DNA of 64,000 nt from Felis catus (taxonomy: Eukaryota). Location: positions 94,366,001 through 94,430,000 of the forward strand of contig NC_058368.1 of the NCBI RefSeq assembly GCF_018350175.1, given 5' to 3'. Every line of letters begins with the position of its first letter. The first letter of the stretch is position 1. Both the position numbers and the translations under genes were made by a program. This document shows positions 25,444 through 37,100 of this stretch, piece after piece. Under the pieces are notes generated by a model. That model saw only the letters and a list, made by a program, of their open reading frames with translations, ran no database searches and was not told the DNA's origin.

Positions 25444-27042
25444 TTTCAAAGTGAAAATACTATATTGAGTCCCAAGGAGGGGAAAAAAAAAATTTGAATT
25501 CACAAAATGCTACTGAGAATTTGGCATTGTTTTTCAGCCGTGAATTTATTACTTTCTGGATGGGTTTGAGAAGCTGCAGCATACAGGTGGCTTATCTTAT
25601 CCCAAGATTGCGGGTTGTGTCATGAAGCTAGGAGTACGACGTTTGGTCCTTAGATCTGTATTACTTTATCCCTGGAATAGAAAATCCATAATGGTCTCAT
25701 TTACTCCACTGATCCACGTCACTGCCAATTTCTACGTTCTAGTCTTTAATGTATGTCAGATTGTTATTTTCTAGCCAAGAACTGCTTGGGTCTGTTAACT
25801 TCCATCACGAGAACTAGTAATTAGATTTCTTCTCTTTTGAAATCAAGTTTCTATTTTCAAAGAGCAGAGTAAGAAAAGTGGCCCTGAGACACAGTGATGT
25901 TGGAAGGTCAGGTTGTGAGTTGGTTCCTGCTTCTTACCTTGACATGCAGTTATTCTATTCTTCTACAAAATTACAGTGAGGACCCCCTGAGGTCATTGGC
26001 ACAGTCAGAACTAGTTCTGTTAAATCTGCGAATTGGGCACGAATCTGCTATATTTATTTCACACAGGCAAATCCTGTGCTTGAAATGAAAATATACCTGA
26101 AGATTATATAAAACGGATTATATGATTGGGAAGGTTTATAAATTTTTAAATATTCTAATTATGATAAAACTTTTTGATAAAATGTTCCAGTTCTTGCTCC
26201 CTAAAGGACTGTCATTAGCAGCATTTCTAACCTGTTTGTTTCTAATTGTAATATTAAAGCACTGCCTTTAAAGCAAAGAACAAGCCTGTTACAAGATCCC
26301 AGATTAAGTTATTCTACCTTACGTTCAGAAAGTAAAATACTGACATTTCCTATTTTGCTCAAAACGTGCATTCAAGAACTGCCATTATTTTGTTAATGAT
26401 TTTGAGTCTGAAACCATTTAATACTGTGTTTATTAATGTTGATGTTCTTTCACTTTGCTGTTAGGTCAAAATTATGAATGTGCATATAGCAGCTACCAGC
26501 AGGAAGGGTGGGTAAAGGTTTCAGTAGGTACAAATTAATCCCCCTACCATCTTACTTGGCATTTCAAGCTGGGAAAAATATTTCAAGATGGTAGTATAGT
26601 ATTTTATGTCTCAGATGAAATAAATATCTAGATTCTTTCCTTTTCCCTTCGAGAAAGTCAATTGCTTTATTGCATGAGGAGAAGGGAGCCTTTGAAATAT
26701 ATTTTAGCAATGCTGCTTTTTCACTTTTGCTTGCACATATTTTGTTTATTTTTGGGTCTGGCAATTTAAAAACAAAATCAAAAACAAATCATATCCATCC
26801 ATTACTATCTTTGTGATTCAAGTGCTTGAAATTTTCGAGAGTATGTCTGTATAAGTCTTCTATCTGTTTGGCCTCATTTTGGTATACTTGCAGACTTCAT
26901 TTTGTTTTCTTTCTCTTAATTCTGTTAATTTATTTAATCCCATGGGAGAGAAAACATGACCATCCTTTTATATACTGTACTTCATTCTCTCATCCAATTC
27001 ATACTCTTAACTGCTTTGGAGTCACATATTTATTTTTGTTAG

Positions 27043-27245
27043 TGGAATCGCTGCAGTCGGCCTGCCATGGTGGTGCTCGAGTACAATAACATAGACAGAA
27101 ACAAGTTATTTCTCCAGTAGGGTTTCATTCTTTTTATTTCTGCTTTGTGTCAGCTGCGTAATCTCAGATCTTTAAGAGAGCTATGTTGTGCTGTCAGAGT
27201 ATCTTAATTTTACATTTTACATTGTACACACTACTAACAAGTCAG
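27043..27245 (+). CDS. AP3S1: Candidate AP3S1 alternative/poison exon encoding WNRCSRPAMVVLEYNNIDRNKLFLQ* (stop 27118-27120)
   Basis: tatttttgttag acceptor, CTTAAC branch-like site at 27006-27011, open in exon-5 frame, 3 CpGs in an AT-rich context, strong donor CAG|gtaagc. Confidence 0.45.
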
Positions 27246-30224
27246 GTAAGCCTAATTTCTGTAAATTTTAGTATCCAAAAAAAACCAAACAAACTAGTAC
27301 ACATTATCTTGTGGCTTTGAATGTATGTTACTGAAGGAAAAATAATCTTAACTAAGATAAAATTTACTTTATACCTCTCTGTTGGCAAACTAATCTCCTG
27401 ATGGCAAATTACCTCATTTATATTTTTTTCTTTAATAAAAATGTTTCAGACTTCACTGTCGTGGAAGTCTGAAAAAGAAATTTGTTTTACAGCACTTCTG
27501 GTATTGACCACCTGAATAGTCTTTTGTTTTTTTTTTTAAAGCCCTTCATTTTTATATAGAGATTGAAAGCTCATTTAAGCATCTGTTTACTGATCAGCAG
27601 TCCTACTTACATTTTTCTTATATTTCATATTCTGCAGAATCTGATTTCTTAAAATGTTAGTTTAATTAAAACTTAATTGAAGTACACATTACAGATTTTT
27701 TTTATTATTTCCTACCATTTAAATTCATGACGTACTACACAAAAGTGTTGAACATGCTTGAGAAATAATTTGATTCTCTTAATTCATTTGCGTGTTCTGA
27801 ATAGTTACCATCCTTTGCATGTCTACGGCTTGCTGCTTATGTTTAGAGGAATTGTAGTTTGTTGTACTTAGAAACTTCTTTTGGTTTTACATAATAAGAA
27901 CTTGGCACATATATGCTATTTAAATCAATTGCTATATTGACTTTATGTATTCTCATTAGCAGCTAACAGTCGACACCATCTTTGGTCACAAAGAAACGAC
28001 TTAATCTAAAGAAATTTAACAGGACGCATTTTTATTCTCATTTTCTTTGCTCAGGTTCAGTCTAGAGCTGTTCATGGTACAGGGTGGTATGGAAAAGAAG
28101 GCTTTCTGACAATGACATTTAATACTGACAAAAATTATTTTCACTCTTTATAAAAGTTGAAACCATAGCATCCAGTAAAACACACACACATATCTACTTT
28201 CTCTCTCTGTCTCAGTAATAAAGTCCTCTAATAATTCCTGCCTTTTAAAATATTTGTATTCAAATATCTTATCAATACTTTTTCATAATCTACTCATCAT
28301 TTGTACCCTGTATAGACACATCCAAGTAAAAATGGTGGCAAGTGGTTTTTAATTAGAAAGATACGAGCTCCAGGATGGCTGTAATTCTGTAAAATAATTT
28401 TTGTTCCTTGGCAGACAACAGATTTTGGGCAAAAGGAAGAGAGCCTATAAGATGGATCCTTCTTTGGTCCTAAACCATTCTAAATTTTGGTAGCTAGACG
28501 TTGAACTTGAGATAATCAGGTTAAAGACCTTTTTGAATAAATATGCAATATTTATTCATATCTCCAACATCTTTTGGGGGTACACAAATTAACTGCATTG
28601 CTTCAGGTAGGTATAAATGTAGAGGTCAATGAAAAACAACTAACCTCTATTCACTTACAAAAATTGAATACTCCAGCCCTATTCATTTTTAATTGGATAT
28701 GGAGTGTTTCATTTATATCACCCTATCACCCTTATCATTGCCTGTGTGGACCATAGCTATTATTAATATTATTTTACTGATTTTTCTATTATTTCCAATT
28801 CTGACTTGATAATCCATGGCTTTTATTTCATTGCTTAACAATGTTTGTATCCTTTATTCAGCAAATAGTTTACACTGGCCTATTTTGTATCAGTCAAGAT
28901 TTTTCTCAGGTAACAGCTTTATTATTACTCTTATTTTAATTAACAAAAGAGGTAGGATTACATATGAGAAAAAGACCTAAAAGTTCAAAAAGGGACTTAA
29001 AACTAGTGTTTCTAATTACACAGACATTGTCTCCTATGTGTAATTGAAGCAAAGTGGAAGATTTGTTTCTGTTACCTAATTGTCTGCTTTTGTGCAAGAT
29101 GATGTGTGCCACTGAATTCAGACGTGTTTGTTGGCTTTCTTATATCACCTGAATAAAAATGGATGAAATCTAAATATAAATTAAATCCCAAAAGTATGAA
29201 GACTCTTGTAGCTATTTGAGAAAGATGATACATTTGCATTTTTCTTTTAAATTTTAAGCATATTTTCTTTGAAAATTATTTCAGAGATTATAAATTTCCC
29301 TATTAAGAATAAAGCCAAATATCGTACACTAATGCTACTAGAAGCTTTAAAATCAGTTATTTATAGAAATACTGCCTTTTGTATTTATGCTATTCTGTCT
29401 CTAAATTTGTATATTGTAAACTGAACATATGTCATTGAATCTACTTTATATGACAAAGTATTTTTAACCATTATATTGTCTCTAATGCATCGAAGGGTTG
29501 GAAAGATCCTCTTTGTTGCAGTTTCATTTTCAGGCAGAACTGTTCTCTTTGGACTGAGGCTTTACTTGAAAAGCCTGATTTTTTTTTCAATGTTTTAGAA
29601 CTTTCCTAGAAAAGTTTAGAAGAGCCTCCACAATTACAAGAATTTTTTTAAAAAAAATTTGTCGTTTTGAAATGTTTTAAGGAGTTGGCTCTAAGTAAAG
29701 AAACTAAGCAAGCATGATCTATTACTTTCAGTTTTTATTTCATAGCACAGTTTGATAATAAATGCTATTTCAAAAGCAAAAAGAAAACAAAAAACAATAA
29801 CAACAACAACAACAAAAAACAAACCCAAATCCATCATGTTGTTGCAAGAGATGTTTAAAAAGGAACTAATGTAAAATATGCCTCATGCTTCTATTATAAG
29901 TCAGTAAGTCAGGATGTAGGTGAAGATGTAGTTTTTGTCATCTGCATATTGTATGTGGTATCTAAGCACAGGTTAATTTATTTGTATGTAAATCTTTCCG
30001 TTGTTATCATTGCATGTATTCACTGTACTTTTTAATGTGTCAACTGTTTTCTCTTTATAGATTAGAATTTCAAAGTAACCATCCCATACCAATTCCAACT
30101 ACCATCTGGTCTCTAAGCTTGTTATATGAAAATCTTTTATCATTGTCCTCCATTTTTAGTGTTTTTTGATGAGCTACACCTGAGTTGTACATTTTCTTTT
30201 TCTTTTATTTGCTTCTGTATACAG

Positions 30225-30353
30225 GCTGGCTTAGCGGGAGCTCCAGCCCGTGCTGTATCAGCTGTAAAGAATATGAATCTTCCTGAGATCCCAAGAAATA
30301 TTAACATTGGTGACATCAGTATAAAAGTGCCAAACCTGCCCTCTTTTAAATAA
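30225..30353 (+). CDS. AP3S1: AP3S1 last coding exon: AGLAGAPARAVSAVKNMNLPEIPRNINIGDISIKVPNLPSFK*
   Basis: Pyrimidine tract + acag acceptor, in frame with the previous exon, TAA at 30351-30353; recognisable sigma3A C-terminus. Confidence 0.97.
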   Translation, partial: AGLAGAPARAVSAVKNMNLPEIPRNINIGDISIKVPNLPSFK

Positions 30354-30940
30354 AAAAAAATTAAAAAGGCCACTCCCAGGTAAAATCCAGGGGGAAAAGT
30401 CATCTAAGTTTACCATGCAGTTGTTTACCAAAAATAGAGGAGGAGAGTCTTAACTTTTGCTCTTGGATTGAAGTCAAGGTACTGTAGAGAAGTTGTGTAA
30501 AACCCGTACGGAAGTTCAATGTTGCTTTTCCTGCTCAGTGATTTTGAAGAAATGGGGTAGTTCCAGTGTGATACTTCACTTTCTTTTCTAAACTGCATTC
30601 CCGTGCCCACCTAAGGCATGCCTCTATGTATTGGCTACTACAGTATTTCAAAAGGTGTGTGAGACATTTCTTTCAACTATGTACAATCCAAACTGTTGGT
30701 GTTTTGTATGGATCACAAGTGCAGCATTCCATAGTTCTTTCTGTTATTTGTCACACTTGTTATTTAAAGAACCAAGTATGTATTGCATGAAAACATTATG
30801 ATCTTTTTCTCTTAGTTTAAATAAACTCCAAGGTAACTGGACTTCTAAAGCACCTTTCTGTTTGCCTGATATCTACTTTAGCAATAATTTTTTTACGACC
30901 CTCTGACTCAACAAAGTAAATAAAAGTATATTTTATCACT
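30354..30940 (+). other. AP3S1: AP3S1 3' UTR (end approximate)
   Basis: Repeat-free sequence after the stop; AATAAA at 30919-30924 followed by GT/T-rich sequence. Confidence 0.8.
30919..30924 (+). terminator. Probable main polyadenylation signal (other AATAAA at 30820-30825 and 30975-30980)
   Basis: AATAAA with downstream tgttgatgttgattt GU-rich element. Confidence 0.7.
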
Positions 30941-31267
30941 GTTAAGCAGCTGTTGATGTTGATTTATTTAATTGAATAAATATTCAAAAACTGGTGAAAT
31001 CATTCTAAAACTCCATTATTTCAGAAGCCAAGTGTATGAGGTCACACACTGTGTAGAGAACTGAGGTGGGAGATGACAGATTTTTTTCTAAAATCCGTAC
31101 TGAGAAATTGCAACATCTTGTTTTATACAGATAGGTTTAAGTCTTTCATCCGGTCCCTTCTCCCTTCTTGCTCAGATGACAAAAAACAGTTGTGGCAAAT
31201 ACCTCGTTGCTTTTGAACACAAACCCCTGCGGGGCTCCACTTGACTGTTGCACCCCAAAGTCAAGCT

Positions 31268-31745
31268 GTTTTCTTTTTCTTTTTTTTTTTTTTTAATGTT
31301 TATTCATTTTTGAGAGCAAGAGAGACAGAGCACGAGCCGGGGAGGGGCAGAGAGAGAGGGAGACACAGAATCCAAAGCAGCCTCCAGGCTCCCAGCTGTC
31401 AGCACAGAGCCCAGAGCCCGAGGCGGGGCTCGAACTCACAGACCGTGAGATCATGACCTGAGCCAAAGTCGGATGCTCAACCGACTGAGCCACCCAGGCG
31501 CCCTAAGCTCATTGTTTTCTTTTCTTTTCTTTTTTTTTTTTCATTTATTTATTTTTTTTGGGACAGAGAGAGACAGAGCATGAACGGGGGAGGGGCAGAG
31601 AGAGAGGGAGACACAGAATTGGAAACAGGCTCCAGGCTCCGAGCCATCAGCCCAGAGCCTGACGCGGGGCTCGAACTCACGGACCGCGAGATCGTGACCT
31701 GGCTGAAGTCGGACGCCTAACCGACTGCGCCACCCAGGCGCCCCA
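31268..31745 (-). mobile_element. Two tandem antisense SINECs (31268-31503; 31523-31745)
   Basis: The second has TSD agctcattgttttctt at 31507-31522 and 31746-31761. Confidence 0.93.
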
Positions 31746-32049
31746 GCTCATTGTTTTCTTAAGTTTCATCACTCATGTTCTGATTTCTCACTATTGGTCC
31801 ACACTTTCTTATTTGCTCTTCTCTTCTGGACCGTGAATTGGGTTCCTCTTCCAGTTAGGCCGAAGTTTGTTTTTCTTGTTTTTTGTTTTCGTGATTTTTA
31901 CAATTCTAGTCCTTCTCAGATGTTCTCTTCGACACATTTCCTTAGATTTGTGGCACGTGTGAATTTTATCCCACGAGCTCTGGGATGTAAGAAAAGTCAT
32001 TTTTTTTTTTGACGGAACTGTCAAAATGAGAACCATCTGTAATGTTGCT

Positions 32050-32430
32050 GCACATTGATCCCTAGAATATACTGTTAAGTGAGAAAAGCAAGATGGAAAA
32101 ACATATTAGTCAACAGTTGGGCAAAACCAGCTGACACAAGGCTAATTTTATAATAAACGGTTGGATGTCTTGTATAGCTTATTGATACTGTATTGAGTGT
32201 GAAAAACAACCGTCATATGGGTGTTTTTTTGCTTGTTTACCTTTGTGATTGCGTGGCTGACTGGAGCCGCCCAGCATCGGGAGAGAGTTTTGTGCCGCAC
32301 ATCCCTAGCCTGGGGAAAGGTAACTATTCAAAATGTGAAGTACAGTTTCTACTGCATGCATATTGCTTTTGCACCATCATGAAGTCAAACGGTTGTTAAG
32401 TTTGCACCATTGTAAGTTGGAGACTCCCTG
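32050..32430. mobile_element. Tigger4/Zombi-like DNA transposon fragment
   Basis: tacagtttctactgcatgc...gcaccatcatgaagtcaaa...actccctg+ta end. Confidence 0.7.
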
Positions 32431-32432
32431 TA

Positions 32433-33153
32433 TAATGAGTTTAACATTTGAATCAGTAGGCTGAGTAAAGCAGATTTGGCCTTCCAAATGTGGGTGGGCC
32501 TTACCCAGTCAGTCGAAGGTCTGAGTAGAATAAAAGGGCTCATTCTCATCCAAATAAGAGAGATTTCCTTCTACCTGACTGCTTTCAAATTGGAATCTCA
32601 GCTTTCTCCTGCCTTCAGACAAACTGAAACACCAGCTTATCCTGGGTCTCAAGTCTGCAAGCCTTCAGACCAGAATTACAGCATTGGCCCTCCTGGTTCT
32701 CGCATTCAGATTCGGACTGGAACTTCACCTTCGGCTCTCTTAGGTCTCCAGATTGCTGACTCACTCTGTAGATCTTGGGACTTGCCAGCTTTCATAATCA
32801 CGTGGGCTAATCCTTTGTACTAAATCTCTTTACTTAAATAAAGTCATGGTGTTGGTGATATTTTTTAAATACCGTAAGAGATTTATTATAAAACTCAGTT
32901 CAATTCTGAAGGCAGGAAAAAGCCAATGTCCCAGTTTGAAGACAGGCAGGAGGAATTTTCTCATACTTGGATGAGGGTCAGCCTTTTTATTTGATTCATG
33001 TCTTTGATTGGGTGAGGCCCACCCTCATTAGGGAGAGCTGTCTGCTTCACTCAGTATAGTGATTTTAATGTTAATTTCATGCAAAAACCCTCAGAAACAT
33101 CCTCAATGTTTAAGCAAATGTCTGGGTATCCCTGTGGCTCAGCCAACCATCAC
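32433..33153. mobile_element. Two MLT2-like (ERV-L) LTR pieces in opposite orientation (+ about 32433-32830, - about 32893-33153)
   Basis: ttaacatttgaatcagtaggctgagtaaagcaga...gtgggcc and its reverse-complement counterpart. Confidence 0.7.
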
Positions 33154-33221
33154 AGTAGGCTACCAGTTATCTAAGAAAAAGAGAATGAGTGTGTTTGTGT
33201 GTGTGTGCATGTGTTTATGTA

Positions 33222-33665
33222 TTTTTTTTTTATCTTTTTTTTTTTTTTTTTGAGAGAGAGAGAGAGGCAGAGTGTGAGTCGGGAGTGGCAGAGACAAAGG
33301 GAGACACAGTTGAAGCGGGCTCCAGGATCTGAGGTGTCAGCACGGAGCTCAACACGCTGGAACCCACAAGCTGTGAGATGGTGACCGGAGCCGAAATTGG
33401 ACACTCAACCAAATGAGCCACCCACGCGCTCCTGTATTTATAGTTAAAAAAAAATTTTTTTTAACGTTTGTTTATTATTGAGAGACAGAGAGAGACCGAG
33501 CATGAGCATGGGAGAGGCAGAGAGAGGGAGACACAGAATCTGAAGCAACCTCCAGGCTCTGAGCTGTCAGCACAGAGCCCAATACAGGGCTCGAACTCAC
33601 AAACCGCGAGATCATGACCTGAGCCGAAGTCGGACGTTTAACCAACTGAGCCACCCAGGTGCCCT
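33222..33665 (-). mobile_element. Two tandem antisense CanSINEs (one old, one younger with TSD cctgtattta)
   Basis: Two head/tail sets. Confidence 0.9.
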
Positions 33666-33709
33666 GCCCCTGTATTTACATTTTTAAATGGAAGTTTTTT
33701 AAATCTGTC

Positions 33710-34178
33710 TGTAGTGAGAGGGAGGACACAGAGCAGAAGTTGGGGGCTAGAAGCTGGACTTCTCATGATGTTCTAGGGTACATTTTTGGGGGCGAAGTAC
33801 TCATTCCCTCCACTGCTGGCAGTGTTGGTGGCTGAGCACATTGAGCAGAGTTGCTGTTTGAGAACTGCCACCAGCCGAAGAGAGTTAACTCACTTAAGTA
33901 ATGACTTCTCTCCAAAGACCTACATCAAGGTTATCAAAGTCCAGCCCCCTTGGCTAAGGCAGGACAACTTTGGAAGGCCATCCCAGCCCCAGGGCTACGC
34001 ATGACATGACATCAGCTGAGGCCTTTGTTGTGAGTGCCTTGCTTATTTAACTACGTTTCTCTGCCTCATCCTCCTTCCTACAGACGCTTACAGGCTTTGA
34101 TCCCAGTGGCGTACCACAGTGAATGTCTTGGATGCAGATCTCCATCTGAGACTTATTCAGGGCAGCCCATCTAAGGCA
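33710..34178 (+). mobile_element. 5' LTR of an ERV-L provirus (LTR16-like)
   Basis: TG...CA ends; ggcaggacaact and gcagatctccatctgaga...ctaaggca motifs; abuts the internal region. Confidence 0.65.
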
Positions 34179-37100
34179 GCTGTATAGGCCAAGAATGGTC
34201 TCAGGAGGCAGATCCTAAAATAACGTTTTGGAGCTAGATCACCCACTGACAGGCTGGCAACGGAGGACCCTATTATTGGGGGCACATGGAACGTGGATCA
34301 CCACCAGCATGCCGTAGCAAGGTAATCGTTGAAACTTCCACTGGAATGAGTGGATACTGGAAATGCTCTGGTAGGGACAATGTCTTAGGCATTTGAGAAG
34401 TTCAAGAGAAGTAGTAATTACCGAGTACGGAATTGGAGGGCGGCTGCTGGGGGCAGTCCGTGCGTTAGAGAAACCTGAGGGTGATTAATCACCAATTAGA
34501 GGCTGTGTATGAAAGCCACAGGGCCTTCTTGATAGCATTTATATAAAAAGAGTGGGAGGGTGGAAGATGCCAAGGATCAGGGCCAGGACGTGACCCTAGG
34601 GTTGGCAGAACTCAAGAGAAGATTGGATTCAAGCAGCATCGTGTCTGCTAAGCCAAGGTCAGGGAGATGATCGGAAAGAAGGAGGACGTGAAACCTGGGA
34701 TGAGGACATCTGGGCTTAACACCCAGGAAAATCTTGGATATGGGCCTGCGGAAGCAGCCCGCTTCTTCCGTTACGCTACCATTCACTGCCTTCCTGTTCC
34801 GTGCTGAAAGAGGATGTGTTAACTCGTGCCTCGCAGGATAACATGTACCCTCCTCGGGATTGCCTCCCCTGCTCTGCCGCTAAGCCAGGAGGTAAGGAGA
34901 AGACACAACACAGGATCAAGTGCCGGCCTGCCAAAGTTGCTGCAGAACCTTGCCCAAGTAAACTCGGAGGAGCCAGGAAGAGTATATACGAGCCAGGATC
35001 CTGAGGATTCTGGGTCAAGGGAGGAAGGAACATAAAGTTGGGTGAGAGAGTTTACTTATATGTAGGCACTTGCCAATGATAAAAGATTTAGCTCTGGCAG
35101 AGACCTGAGGAGACCGTGCCAGTACATGGCTAGGGTAGTTCTTGGAAGCTTGGAGAAAGCCTTAGCCACCTAGCTGGGCCCAGCTAAGTATCACAGAACT
35201 TCCAAGGTGAACAAGGAGAAGAAGGGATCAGAAAGCTCAGAGAAGGGGCGCCTGGGTGGCTTGGTCACTTAAGCATCTGACTTGGGCTCAGGTCATGATC
35301 CCATGGTTCATGAGTTCGAGCGCCGTTTTGGATTCTGTGTTTCCCTCTCTCTCTGCCCCTCCCCTTCCTTGTGGTCTCTCTCTGTCTCAAACATTAAAAA
35401 AAAAAAAAAAAAAGCTCAGAGCAGTGTGTGTGTGTTAGACTGAAAATACTGTGTAATGTGAGACAGCACAGAGGTTCCTCCATTTACCAAAGCAGTAAGG
35501 AGTGTGCTGTGTAAAGGGACACCATCCTCAGTCCATAGAGTAAGAGCTACGGTAGAAAGGAAGACGTAAGTGGGCACTTTGCAATTGCCCCCATACTCTC
35601 AGCCAAGATAGTCAGTAAATAGTGATATCACATCTTGGGTAGAAGCGAGGGATTAAGTGCCACACTTGAAGACCTAAATGATGCAAGAACGGTGGCCTCT
35701 GCATACCCACTTAATTGTCTAGTGTGTTGCCTGCAGGTGGGTCTTGGAGGATGACAGAGAGCCCTGCAAACTTGACCGAGTTGTAGGTCCAGCTGTAGCT
35801 GCTGCACCAGACACGGCATCTTTGTTAAGGGAGGTGAGCAAGGGCTCACATGGATGGAGTGCGGCCACTGATCTGGTAAACGCCTTCTTTTTTGTCCCCT
35901 GTTCAGAGGGACAGAAAGTTGATGTTATGGCTACACAACACAGTGTGCTCTAAATATTTAACTCGCCTGCCCTCAATAATAATACAGTCCCGGGGCCCCT
36001 GGGTGGCTCAGTCAGTTGGGCATCCAACTTTGGCTCAGGTCATGATCTCATGGTCCATGAGTTCGAGCCCCGCGTCAGGCTCTGTGCTGACAGCTCGGAG
36101 CCTGGAGCCTGCTTCGGCTTCTGTCTCCCTCTCTGCCCCTGCCCCCTCTCAAAAGTAAATAAACATTAAAAATTTTAATAATAATAGTAATACAGTCCCA
36201 AGGGGTCTGAACCATGTGACATAGGATCACATTGGTTCATGGATAACACTCGGTTACGTGAGTTGGATGAATGAGGAGTTGCAAGCATGGTGAAGGCCTT
36301 GTTAAGACACATGCCCTCCACGGTAGGAGATAAGCCTACCGTAACATTTTTAGGGAGCCAGTGATCTCGGGTATTCCAGGGTGTCCCTTTCAAAGTAAAA
36401 AACAGTATTTCACAACTCCTACTCCGTGGCAAGCACAGTGGTTGGTAGGCGGCTTCAGACTCTGGAGGTCGCATATTCCAGACTGTGAACACTGTTCCGG
36501 TTCATTTACACAAATAACATCTCATCTAGTTTTGAGAGAGGCCCAGAACACAAGAGGGATCTGGGTCCAGGTTGCAACGCAAGTGATCTTGCCTCTTGGA
36601 CCATCCTGCCTGACCTACCCAGTGATATTTGAGCTGTCAGCAATGGAAAAAGATGCCATGCAGTGTCTATGGCACGGCCCAGTTGGAGAGTTGACAACAT
36701 AAACTTCCTATGAGTCTGCAACCATCCCTTGCCACCTGCAGTGTGAAATTATACATCATTGAAACTCAATTCCTTGGATGCCCCTGGGCTCTGGTTGAGA
36801 CAAGCCTGTGATCTTGGAAATGATCACGCATCCCGAACGGACCTGGGATCTGCCAGGCGCAGAACCATAAGGTTCGGTGGACCCGGCAACAGTGTGTAGG
36901 AAGGTGCAAGTGATACGTGGGAAAGAATGGGATCAGAGGGCACAGATCAGCTGCACAAATCCTGACACCCGTTTCCCGCCTCTCCTTTGGCTCTGGGGAA
37001 GGATCATGGTGAGGAGAAATCCTTCCCTGGTGCAGAGCTTTGGGTGGTATACCCGGACATATACTGTGTGCAAAGTGGCCCAAGACTCAAAGGTAATAGC

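Noticed and set aside
25538..25587. Possible small exon (ttttcag|CCG TGA ... CAG|gtggct)
   Set aside because: Weak donor and no other support
30126..30224. N-terminal part of ORF 30126-30353
   Set aside because: Intronic pyrimidine tract; the real exon starts at 30225
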